Assembly: GCA_029974275.1 (NCBI GenBank) | Contig: JARKSN010000084.1 | Location: 1-64,000 of the forward strand | DNA from: Candidatus Hydrogenedentota bacterium | GTDB lineage: Bacteria; Hydrogenedentota; Hydrogenedentia; Hydrogenedentales; SLHB01 | Reading direction: 5' to 3' | DNA: 64,000 nt | Part shown: one piece after another, positions 1 to 8,456 of the stretch | How the letters are laid out: each line of letters opens with the position of its first letter | Position numbering within the stretch: position 1 is the stretch's first letter | Notes under the pieces: model-generated | The model's database searches: none | What the model was told of the DNA's origin: nothing | What the model saw: only the letters and a program-made list of their open reading frames with translations | Made by a program: the position numbers and the translations under genes

Positions 1-966
1 GACAAGGAGAACAAACGCGAGGTGCTTGCGCCGAAAGAAAGGGGCAATGTCCTCTATCTCTTCGACGATCGCCCGCATCGCAGCAACGCGTGGGACATCG
101 ATCAAAACCTCGACGACACGCGCTGGGAACCGGGCGCTTCCGAGAGCGTCGAGGTCGTTGAGCGAGGGCCGCTGCGCGCGACGGTGCGATTCGTGCGCAA
201 GAACGAGCAAAGCACGATCACGCAGAACATCGTGCTGTACGCCCATTCGCGGCGGATCGATTTCGTGACGCACGTGGTTTGGCAGGAAAAACAGACCATG
301 ATGAAGGTAGCGTTCCCGGTCGATGTGCGTTCGTCGTGGGCGACGTTCGAGATTCCCTGCGGCACGATTCAACGCACCACGCACACCAACCGCGATTACG
401 ATCTCGCGGAGTTTGAAGTGCCTGCGCTACGTTGGGCAGACCTCAGCGAAGGGGACTATGGCGTCAGTGTACTCAATGACTGCAAATATGGTTATGACGT
501 AAAGGGAAACACGCTGCGCCTGTCGCTGTTGCGCGCCTCTATCGATCCCGATCCAACTGCCGATGAAGGCGAACACGACTTTACCTATTCGTTGTTGCCG
601 CACGTCGGCGATTGGCGCGTCGCAACGGTTCGTGAAGGTATCGATCTCAATGCGCCATTGATGGCCAAAGCCGCGCCCATTTCGGAAGGAACGTTGCCGC
701 CGGTTGGATCGTTCGCAGAAGTCGACGCGGAGCACGTTATTCTCGAAACCATCAAACGCGCCGAAGACTCCGATGCGATTATTGTTCGGTTGTATGAAGC
801 CTACGGCCAGCGCGGCTACGTGACGTTGCGCTTTGCTCGCGCGCCTAAGCGCATGTTCGAATGCGACCTACTTGAGGAAAACGACATGCCACTGGACGTC
901 AAGGGCAACGCGGCAGAACTGTACATGACGCCCTACAAGATTTGCTCGTTAAAGGTGAATTTTTGA
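1..966 (+). CDS. Alpha-mannosidase (GH38), C-terminal part; 5' end lies outside the window
   Basis: Frame open from base 1. GH38 C-terminal motifs: FEIPCG, FEVPALRWADLSE, NDCKYG, LRLSLLR, KRAED, RLYE. Confidence 0.88.
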   Translation, partial: DKENKREVLAPKERGNVLYLFDDRPHRSNAWDIDQNLDDTRWEPGASESVEVVERGPLRATVRFVRKNEQSTITQNIVLYAHSRRIDFVTHVVWQEKQTMMKVAFPVDVRSSWATFEIPCGTIQRTTHTNRDYDLAEFEVPALRWADLSEGDYGVSVLNDCKYGYDVKGNTLRLSLLRASIDPDPTADEGEHDFTYSLLPHVGDWRVATVREGIDLNAPLMAKAAPISEGTLPPVGSFAEVDAEHVILETIKRAEDSDAIIVRLYEAYGQRGYVTLRFARAPKRMFECDLLEENDMPLDVKGNAAELYMTPYKICSLKVNF

Positions 967-976
967 TTAGCCCTTT

Positions 977-1582
977 TCAGAAGCGGATTTCATAGCCAAT
1001 GCAGAGGTGCGGTTCAAGAGGGTGTTTGGTCAGGATGTCGTATTTTTGTTTGATGAGCGGCCATTCTTCGGGCATGCAGATTGCGTAGATGTATTCGATG
1101 CCAAAGTAGTCTTTTACGGCGATCTCGTTGAACTCGGGCGTCGCGCGCATGCGGAATCGATAGTGTCGGCCAATCTCTTTCATGCCGATGCGTTGGTAGT
1201 ACCGCTGCGCACTTCTGTCTTGCGTCCAGTACTCGAGGCGGTGAAAATCCTTGCGTTTCGCGTCCTCAACCGTCGCGTCGATCAGCAATTTGCCGATGTT
1301 GTGTCCCGAGAAATCCGGCAGTCTCCCGAATTCAAGCACGTAGCCGCCTTTGCTGTCCTTAAGAAAGCAGAACTCGCCGGGTTCGTTCTCATACTGCGTA
1401 TCGGTGAGGCCGACGATCTTTCCGTCCGCCACGGCCACCAGCTTTGTTGATTCGTGGCCTTCGTAGAGCGGACGCTCCTGGATGCTGTAATTCCATGCGT
1501 GCGAGATGCTGAGGATGATTGCGTGCACGCGCATCCATTCTGCTTCGTCTTCGGGTCGATATTCGCGAATTTCCATTTCCAT
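977..1582 (-). CDS. GNAT family N-acetyltransferase
   Basis: EIREYRPED start, VAVADGKIVG, motif A-like PDFSGHNIGKLL, C-terminal AQRYYQRIGM. Confidence 0.75.
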   Translation of the reverse strand: MEMEIREYRPEDEAEWMRVHAIILSISHAWNYSIQERPLYEGHESTKLVAVADGKIVGLTDTQYENEPGEFCFLKDSKGGYVLEFGRLPDFSGHNIGKLLIDATVEDAKRKDFHRLEYWTQDRSAQRYYQRIGMKEIGRHYRFRMRATPEFNEIAVKDYFGIEYIYAICMPEEWPLIKQKYDILTKHPLEPHLCIGYEIRF

Positions 1583-1585
1583 GAA

Positions 1586-2644
1586 TCATTGTCCCCTTGC
1601 GCTGCGGAGGAGATCGTGGAGGTCGCTTGTTCTCCCCAGCGCGTTCGCGGCATCCGCAAGATTCGCCTGTGCGGCGGCGTTGCCCGGTTCGAGCTTTACG
1701 GCGTGCACGAAGCACTCGAATGCCTTGTCGTACTGCTCAATCTGCCACAACACCGCGCCGAGGTCGTTGTAATTCTGGCCCAATAGCGGCGCGGCTTCAA
1801 TCGCACCCTTGAGGCATTGCAGGCACTCTTCCATCTGGGCGTGCTCGAGCGCCTCGTGTGCGCGCAAACTCAGCAATCGCGAACGGAAATAGGGCGTCAG
1901 AAGCTCGATGGGGGCCTTGCGCCATTTCTGAAGAAAATAGCGCTCGTTCGTGTCCATCAGCGCGTGAAAACGGTCTCCCGCAATACCGAGTCCGGCGAAA
2001 CTGCGCCCGCCGTAATGATAGACGAAGCAGTCGTCCGCGATGCGCATGCGGAACCCAGCGAGCCGCACGCGCAAGCCGTAGTCGTCGTCTTCAAAATTGC
2101 CAATGCCGTATGCCTCGTCGAGAAGCCCGACTGTGACGAACGCGGCGTCACGTATCAACACGCAAAAGCCCACCAGGCGATCGGTCTCGCGGCGTTGCCC
2201 ATGAAAATCGATGGCGCGCTGTTTGGAAAAGGCGTGAATGGACGCTTCATCGCGCAACGGCGGCGTTTCGATCTGTTGAAAGCCGGACACGCAATTCGAA
2301 ACGGGCCCGGCCATGCCGATGTCGTCCGTTTCGAGCAAGGCTTCCTCCAATCGTTCCAGCCAGCCTTCCGTAACCACCGTGTCGCTGTTCAACAGCAGCA
2401 CATGTCCTTGCGCATGGGCCAAACCTCGATTCACCCCCGCGGGAAAACCGAGATTCCTGCCGGTATGCACGACCATCGCATCGGGCGTCGAATCGAAATA
2501 TTCGGCAACGCCGTCAGTCGATCCATTGTCGACCAAGACCAAACGGAAAGGGGGGCGCGTGTGGCGCAGCACGGAGCCGACGCAAGCGCGGCAGTAGTCG
2601 AGCTGATTGTGCGCGGGGATAATGATGGAGACGAGTTCCGGCAT
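1586..2644 (-). CDS. GT2 glycosyltransferase with C-terminal TPR repeats
   Basis: VSIIIPAHN, VDNGSTD, NLGFPAGVN, LLNSD, GNFEDDD; TPR-like YNDLGAVLWQ...AFECFVHAVKLEP. Start set at ATG 2644. Confidence 0.88.
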   Translation of the reverse strand: MPELVSIIIPAHNQLDYCRACVGSVLRHTRPPFRLVLVDNGSTDGVAEYFDSTPDAMVVHTGRNLGFPAGVNRGLAHAQGHVLLLNSDTVVTEGWLERLEEALLETDDIGMAGPVSNCVSGFQQIETPPLRDEASIHAFSKQRAIDFHGQRRETDRLVGFCVLIRDAAFVTVGLLDEAYGIGNFEDDDYGLRVRLAGFRMRIADDCFVYHYGGRSFAGLGIAGDRFHALMDTNERYFLQKWRKAPIELLTPYFRSRLLSLRAHEALEHAQMEECLQCLKGAIEAAPLLGQNYNDLGAVLWQIEQYDKAFECFVHAVKLEPGNAAAQANLADAANALGRTSDLHDLLRSARGQ

Positions 2645-2778
2645 GCGCCTTATCTTCCACGGGGCGGCGAAAACGAAACGCCCGCATGGCGTGTAGCCTG
2701 TCGCGTCACGATTGCGCTCGCGCAGTTTTCGGGCGAAGGACGCCGTACCGTCCGATTTTGATCGTCGCGCCGGACATG

Positions 2779-4497
2779 TCAGGATTTCTCCACGACAAAC
2801 CGGCGCCAGGCAAAGAAGAGGAGCAGCGCCCAAAATTGCCTGCGCCGGTATATGTTGTGACTGGCGGCATGCAGGATTTGTTCGATGCTGCGCCACTGGA
2901 ACAGGCCGATGTCGTGCGCACGCTCCTGCGTGATGGTGGCGCGTGCGACATTCTCGATGACGCGTTGGAGGCGTCCGCTTTGCGGCACGCGAAATCCGCG
3001 TCGCGCGCGAAATCGAATGCGATGGGGCAGTGTGCCTTTCATCGCCATGCGGAGCAGCGGCTTGCTACGGACGCCGTAGGCAACCTTGGGATCGAGCCGA
3101 ATCGCGTAATCGACCAATTCGTCGTCAAAATAGGGGAGTTCCAGCGCAACGCCGTGGGTGGAGGCGATGCGCTCGCATTTCATGAGCATCATATCGGGCA
3201 ATGCGATGTGCAAATCGAAATCAAGCATGGTCTGCGTCAGATCGCTGCCGCGGCAGTAGGGCTTTACAAGCGTTGCAACGCCGCCCTGATCGAGGCTCGA
3301 CTCGTGCATGGAAGGCGAATACAACTCCCGGCGCTCATCCGCATCGAACATCGAGAACAAGGACAGGTGGGCTTCGATGCTATTGTTTCCCGATGCCAGA
3401 AACCGGCTTCCACGACGCACGAATGCGTTTGGCGGAAGAGCAGGAAGGAGATCGCTCATCATCCCCGCCGGGATGGCCGCGCCGGCGACACGCGTCCTCT
3501 GCAGGAGGCGGTACCGTGGAAAGCCGCCCAGCAGTTCGTCGGCGCCGTGACCGGAAAGCAAGGCAGGCGACCATTCGGACGCGCGTTGCAGCACCAGCCA
3601 CAAAGGAAGAATCGACGCGTCGGCGACGGGATCATCCAAGGCCCTGCACATAGTGGCGAATTCTTCCTCAGTGAAACGTCGTCCCGGAAAGACCGTGAGC
3701 GGCAGGTTGAGTTGTTTTGCGGATTCGCGCGTCATCCGGCCTTCGTCCTGCCATCCACGTTCCAAAGCGATGAAGACTGGACTGGCTTTTCGCTTCAAGG
3801 CCGCGATCGCGGCCGAATCCACTCCGGCGGACAATAACACTCGGTTCGAGACAGTCCTTGTCACGGATCGCTCCACTATCCCTTGGAGATGAGCGGACGC
3901 CTCATTCTTGTCCGTGTCCACCGGATTCGTATTGAACTGCGCGAAGCGATGCTGTTCCGCCTTGCGGTGCGTGAATGTCAGCACATGGCCTGGGCGGACC
4001 CTGAAGACTCCCTCGATCAGCGTGATCGGGCTTGGGGCGCAGCCGAATGTGAAATAGGCGTCTGCGGCTTGCCGATTCATGCAGGCCCTGATGAGTCCCG
4101 ATGCAAGCAGCGCCTTGAGTTCGGACGCGAAGACGAGTGCGTCTTTCACAATGGCGTAATACAAAGGGCGCTGGCCCAGCCGGTCGCGCAACAGCCACCA
4201 GACATCCGGCGCGCGCTGCACCACGCCCGCAAATGCGCCGGCGAGTTCAAGCGCGTCGGGATGAGCGACGGACCGGCAATGCGCCCCGAAAGCGTCCATA
4301 TCCAGGGGCGTTCCGGCCCTGTCTCGCGGCTGGCCATCCACGGCGCAGACAGGGGCCGCCCCGAACGTCGACGCCATGATGACGAAGTCGTCGCCTTCGA
4401 TTGGGCGCATGACGCGCGCGCGATGGGTCAAAGCCGCCGCCATGTTTTTGGTGGAAACGATGTCGCGTTCGCCCAACATGCCGCATATCGCGTCCAT
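2779..4497 (-). CDS. Asparagine synthase (AsnB)-like protein with degenerate catalytic motifs
   Basis: RDRLGQRPLYY, FASELKAL, LSAGVDS, LSGHGADELLGG. N-terminus MDAICG has no Cys at position 2. Confidence 0.8.
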   Translation of the reverse strand: MDAICGMLGERDIVSTKNMAAALTHRARVMRPIEGDDFVIMASTFGAAPVCAVDGQPRDRAGTPLDMDAFGAHCRSVAHPDALELAGAFAGVVQRAPDVWWLLRDRLGQRPLYYAIVKDALVFASELKALLASGLIRACMNRQAADAYFTFGCAPSPITLIEGVFRVRPGHVLTFTHRKAEQHRFAQFNTNPVDTDKNEASAHLQGIVERSVTRTVSNRVLLSAGVDSAAIAALKRKASPVFIALERGWQDEGRMTRESAKQLNLPLTVFPGRRFTEEEFATMCRALDDPVADASILPLWLVLQRASEWSPALLSGHGADELLGGFPRYRLLQRTRVAGAAIPAGMMSDLLPALPPNAFVRRGSRFLASGNNSIEAHLSLFSMFDADERRELYSPSMHESSLDQGGVATLVKPYCRGSDLTQTMLDFDLHIALPDMMLMKCERIASTHGVALELPYFDDELVDYAIRLDPKVAYGVRSKPLLRMAMKGTLPHRIRFRARRGFRVPQSGRLQRVIENVARATITQERAHDIGLFQWRSIEQILHAASHNIYRRRQFWALLLFFAWRRFVVEKS

Positions 4498-4946
4498 CAG
4501 AAGGCCCTCCGGGTGTCCACCAGCAGCGTAACAGGCCCGTCGTTCACCGAATGCACGGCCATGTGCGCGCCAAAAACTCCGCCCTTCACCTTGATTCCCT
4601 GCGCCCGTAGATATGCAAGGGTCGCCTCGTACAACGGCTCCGCCTCATCGGGGCGAGCGGCATCGCTAAACGACGGACGACGCCCCCTGCGACAATCGCC
4701 CAATAGAGTGAACTGGGAGATGGCAAGCACGCTGCCGCAAACATCCCGGACGGAAAGATTGAACTTGCTGTCTTCGTCGGCGAAGCAACGCAACGCCGCG
4801 ATTTTATCCGCCAGCAGACGCGCATCCCCATCGGTATCGCCCTGCGCGATGCCGATAAGCGCCAACAACCCTGGTCCCACCTCGCTCACGATCATGCCAT
4901 TCACGCTTACCGATGCCGTTGATACGCGCTGTAAGACCGCTCTCAT
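4497..4946 (-). CDS. dtd: D-aminoacyl-tRNA deacylase
   Basis: MRAVLQRV start, SQFTL and NDGPVT motifs. Stop overlaps the asnB-like ATG by 1 nt. Confidence 0.95.
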   Translation of the reverse strand: MRAVLQRVSTASVSVNGMIVSEVGPGLLALIGIAQGDTDGDARLLADKIAALRCFADEDSKFNLSVRDVCGSVLAISQFTLLGDCRRGRRPSFSDAARPDEAEPLYEATLAYLRAQGIKVKGGVFGAHMAVHSVNDGPVTLLVDTRRAF

Positions 4947-5063
4947 GCCGTGTTCTCCGCGACCGTATGCGAATCGCAATCCAGCCATCAGGGTATGACA
5001 TTTCCCGCGACACAACAAGCCCCTTAAAACCTGTCTCGTTCATGCAGCGTCTTGGCAAACGCG

Positions 5064-6131
5064 TCATTGCATCGATTCGCCGACGCTGCTGGCATGCCCC
5101 GTCGGTTTCGGCGGCTCGCGTCCCTCCAACACGTGTTCCAGCATGTCCCATGTCCAGTTATGCGTATCCGTGGCGACAGGCAAACGAAACCACGCGATGC
5201 CCTGACAGTGGCGCGGACGGCGTTCGCGGAGGGAGCGAACGACCGTCGCCAGTTCAGCAGGATCGGCCATGACATGCTTGGTGCGCTGACCGGCGGAGGG
5301 CGGGCTGTTCCCCCACTCCGCGGCGAGGCGAACGAAGTTTCCCTGTTCGTCGAAAGTGATGGCATATCCGTACGTGGGCAGGGCGACGAAAAACGGCGTC
5401 CCGATCCGGGAGGCGCCGCGCAAATACGCGTGAAACCTGCGCGTTTCATACAGGACAAGGGGCGCATCGAGGGTGGTGGGCCGCTGGAGCGCATGAATTT
5501 GAAGGACGAAGAAATCGGCTTGGCGGCACGTCCTGGAACAGGAACGGCTACGCAGCCATGCGGGCAACGCGGTGATCGACAAGGCGCCGCACTCAGAACC
5601 AAGTTCGCCCCGGATCGCCGCCAAGGTCTCGCCATACGTCTCCAACTTGGAAGTGGGGCAATCGTAGTCGAGTTGAATGCCGCTCATCTGCGCGCCCGCC
5701 GCTTTGGATGCGGCGTCGGCTTTGCGCGCAACGGACGCGATGATTGCGACAAGCTCCCGTGCGTGTCCGGCACGCGTCAGATCAATTTCATCCACTCGGA
5801 ATACGACCGTTACGGGAACGCCTGCCCTCGCAAGAGCCGGCCAATCGATATCGAAGGTCTGCGCGCCGAGGCCATCCGTCCCCTTCCCGATCACGCACAA
5901 CAGCGCAAACAGCGCGTCCATGCGCGGGGCGGCGCGTTGCACCGCCGTCGCCACGGCCGGCATCCATTTCTGTTGCCACACGTAGAAAGCGGTTCGCGGC
6001 GGCCCCGGCTCCACGCCTGTCGGCCTATAGCGCCACGCCAGTATCGCACACAGCGCCGCAAGGAGCGCCAACGCCCCGCATGCCACTCTCCGGGAACGAA
6101 TGCAACGCCGTATGTGTTCGTCAAGACGCAT
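5064..6131 (-). CDS. DUF3142-like exported or membrane-anchored TIM-barrel protein
   Basis: N-terminal hydrophobic segment; YVWQQKW, GIQLDYDCPT, LSITALPAW, FVLQIH, ALPTYGY, GIAWFRLP. Start uncertain (6131 or 6164). Confidence 0.7.
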   Translation of the reverse strand: MRLDEHIRRCIRSRRVACGALALLAALCAILAWRYRPTGVEPGPPRTAFYVWQQKWMPAVATAVQRAAPRMDALFALLCVIGKGTDGLGAQTFDIDWPALARAGVPVTVVFRVDEIDLTRAGHARELVAIIASVARKADAASKAAGAQMSGIQLDYDCPTSKLETYGETLAAIRGELGSECGALSITALPAWLRSRSCSRTCRQADFFVLQIHALQRPTTLDAPLVLYETRRFHAYLRGASRIGTPFFVALPTYGYAITFDEQGNFVRLAAEWGNSPPSAGQRTKHVMADPAELATVVRSLRERRPRHCQGIAWFRLPVATDTHNWTWDMLEHVLEGREPPKPTGHASSVGESMQ

Positions 6132-6216
6132 GTTCGCCTTTCGATCCTCGCGATTCCCGTTCAAAATGATACGGCCTGCGCCTTCTCAAAACCACTTCCG
6201 CCGCTCTCTTTCGCGC

Positions 6217-6245
6217 TTGCCTAAATATCCGTACATTCGTATAAT
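6217..6245 (+). promoter_or_regulatory. Sigma-70 promoter of the eda operon, with a candidate GntR operator in the spacer
   Basis: TTGCCT-17 bp-TATAAT; imperfect palindrome AATATCCGTACATT at 6224-6237. Confidence 0.7.
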
Positions 6246-6306
6246 CAAGCATTGGATGCAACGGCGGGAAAGAGGCGCGAGGCCTGGACGGAGAGGAGAT
6301 GACGGA

Positions 6307-6957
6307 ATGAGCGACCATGCGGCGTTTGAGGCGGTGAAGGCCCTGGGGGTCGTCCCCGTGATAGCGATGGAATCGCTCGACGCCGCGATTCCCCTTGCGG
6401 ATGCCTTGATCGAAGGCGGCCTTCCCATTGCGGAAATCACGTTTCGCACGTCGGCCGCTGCGGATGTCATCAAGAAAATGACGACCGAACGCCCCCAATT
6501 GCTGGTAGGAGCGGGGACGGTCCTGACAGCGGCGAACGCCGAAGCGGCCAAGGCGTGCGGCGCCCGCTTTGCCGTTGCGCCCGGCCTCAATCCGGCAATC
6601 GTGAGCAGAGCCCGCGAAATTGGCCTCCCTTTTGTTCCGGGCGTTGCAACGCCGAGCGATATTGAACTGGGCCTTTCGCATGGTTGCGCGTTGTTGAAAT
6701 TTTTTCCTTCGGAGGCTCTTGGCGGCGTCGCGATGCTCAAGGCGCTTGGGGCTCCGTATGCCCACACGGGAGTCCGATTTGTGCCGACCGGTGGCGTCAA
6801 CATCGGCAATTTGGAAACGTACCTCGCGCTGCCGCTAGTCGCGGCGGTAGGAGGAACCTGGATCGCCACGAAAGACGATTTGGCGCAGGGGAAGTGGGAT
6901 GACATCGCGAATCGCTGCAAGGCCGCTGTCGCCATAGCGGCGCGCTTCCGCGAATAG
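6307..6957 (+). CDS. eda: KDPG/KHG aldolase
   Basis: EITFRT, GAGTV, PGVATPSD, LKFFP (Schiff-base Lys), PTGGV. SD GAGGAG upstream of ATG 6307. Confidence 0.93.
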   Translation: MSDHAAFEAVKALGVVPVIAMESLDAAIPLADALIEGGLPIAEITFRTSAAADVIKKMTTERPQLLVGAGTVLTAANAEAAKACGARFAVAPGLNPAIVSRAREIGLPFVPGVATPSDIELGLSHGCALLKFFPSEALGGVAMLKALGAPYAHTGVRFVPTGGVNIGNLETYLALPLVAAVGGTWIATKDDLAQGKWDDIANRCKAAVAIAARFRE

Positions 6958-6970
6958 AGGGGAAACCGGC

Positions 6971-7528
6971 ATGAAGAAAAACGAAATGGATGCGTTGCGC
7001 CAGAAAGCCGTGGGCTATTTTGAACGGGCGGGCATCGTCTTGACGCCTGCGGAACGGGAAGCCATCGAAGTGACGGACTATGAGCTGGGACGCTTCGAGG
7101 ATATCGGGCTGTTTTTGTTGACTTATTTCAACACAGGAAGATCGAGCGCGCGCGAACTCGTGCTGCTCCCGAACCAGGCGTGTCCGGAACATTTTCATCC
7201 GCCTTTCATCGACGATGCAGGGGAGAATATCGGGAAAGAAGAGACTTTCCGCTGCCGCATGGGAAAAGTCTATTTGTATGTCGACGGCGAACCGACGCCC
7301 AATCCCCAGGCAAAGCCGCCGGCGTTCCATGGCGATTTTTTCAAGGTGCGGCATGAAGTGGCGTTGAATCCCGGAGACCAATACACGCTCTATCCCGGCA
7401 CAAAACATTGGTTCATTGCCGGCCCGGAGGGCGCCATCGTATCGGAGTTTTCCACGCGCATCAAAGACGATGCCGACGTCTTCACCGATCCATCGCTGAG
7501 TCGTTTTAGCCGCATTGAAGAAAGTTGA
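6971..7528 (+). CDS. D-lyxose/D-mannose family sugar isomerase (cupin)
   Basis: QACPEHFHPP, GKEETF, LNPGDQYTL, HWF, VSEFST, DVFTDP. Confidence 0.85.
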   Translation: MKKNEMDALRQKAVGYFERAGIVLTPAEREAIEVTDYELGRFEDIGLFLLTYFNTGRSSARELVLLPNQACPEHFHPPFIDDAGENIGKEETFRCRMGKVYLYVDGEPTPNPQAKPPAFHGDFFKVRHEVALNPGDQYTLYPGTKHWFIAGPEGAIVSEFSTRIKDDADVFTDPSLSRFSRIEES

Positions 7529-7541
7529 CGGAGTTCCCCGA

Positions 7542-8309
7542 ATGCCCGATCAGGCGTCATCTCCCTTGTTCGAGCGAGACGAGCGTTTCCGCTTGGACGC
7601 ATCCTCGCCCGTGCCGCTCTATCACCAGATTGAGCAGATCCTCCTTGAACGCATCGGTCAAACCGATTCGCTCGGATCCCGGTTGCCTTCCGAGAAGGAT
7701 TTGATGGAAGTCTTTGGCGTGGGGCGCGCCACCGTAAAGCGAACCCTCGACAATCTCGCCGCAAAAGGATTGCTCGAACGGCGGCGCGCACTCGGAACCC
7801 GCGTCGTGCGGCAGCAGATCACCGAGAATTTGACGCGCCTGACCAGTTATTCCGAAGAAATGTGCGCCAAGTCCCTGGGCGTCCGTACACGAATCGTTGA
7901 AGCGAAAATTCATGCGCCCACCCGGCATGTGCGCGACCGTCTCCAGCTTGCCGAGGGCGAGAAAACGCTGTGCCTCAAACGGCTGCGGGGAACGATCGCG
8001 GCGTTTCCCGTCGTGTTTTTTCAGTCGGAAATCCCCGTCAGCTACGGCATTCAGGCCGACGAAGATTTCAGCGGTTCGCTGTACCGCCTCATCGAAGAGA
8101 CACACGGAATCCCCATCGAATGCGCCGAGGAGGAGATTTGCGCCGCCCACGCCCGCGCCGATGAGGCGCGTTTGCTGGGCATTCGACGCGGCGATTGCGT
8201 CCTGGTGCTGGAGCGCGTCACTCGAACGCGCGACAACCACCCTTTGGAATTCGTTCGTGGCGTCTACCGCCCCGAACATTACAAGTTCTCGATACGCCTG
8301 CGGCGTTGA
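7542..8309 (+). CDS. GntR (HutC subfamily) transcriptional regulator with UTRA domain
   Basis: PLYHQI...LPSEKDLMEVFGVGRATV winged HTH; C-terminal UTRA with SLYRLIEE and PLEFVRGVYRPE. Confidence 0.9.
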   Translation: MPDQASSPLFERDERFRLDASSPVPLYHQIEQILLERIGQTDSLGSRLPSEKDLMEVFGVGRATVKRTLDNLAAKGLLERRRALGTRVVRQQITENLTRLTSYSEEMCAKSLGVRTRIVEAKIHAPTRHVRDRLQLAEGEKTLCLKRLRGTIAAFPVVFFQSEIPVSYGIQADEDFSGSLYRLIEETHGIPIECAEEEICAAHARADEARLLGIRRGDCVLVLERVTRTRDNHPLEFVRGVYRPEHYKFSIRLRR

Positions 8310-8456
8310 CCGCCCCCCGCTGATCGTTGATCCCAAGCGCTCTCGCCTTTCCATGCGATCGTCCTTTTCCTTAGCCCTCCGCCGCAGAAGGTGAAAGACA
8401 AGTTGCTTCGGTGCGGGAAAATGTGATTAGGTACGTTTTCGAAGGAAGGGAAAGGC

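Noticed and set aside
2779..4497. AsnB-like gene as a lasso-peptide cyclase
   Set aside because: No precursor peptide, leader peptidase or RRE gene nearby; neighbours point to glycan or housekeeping context.
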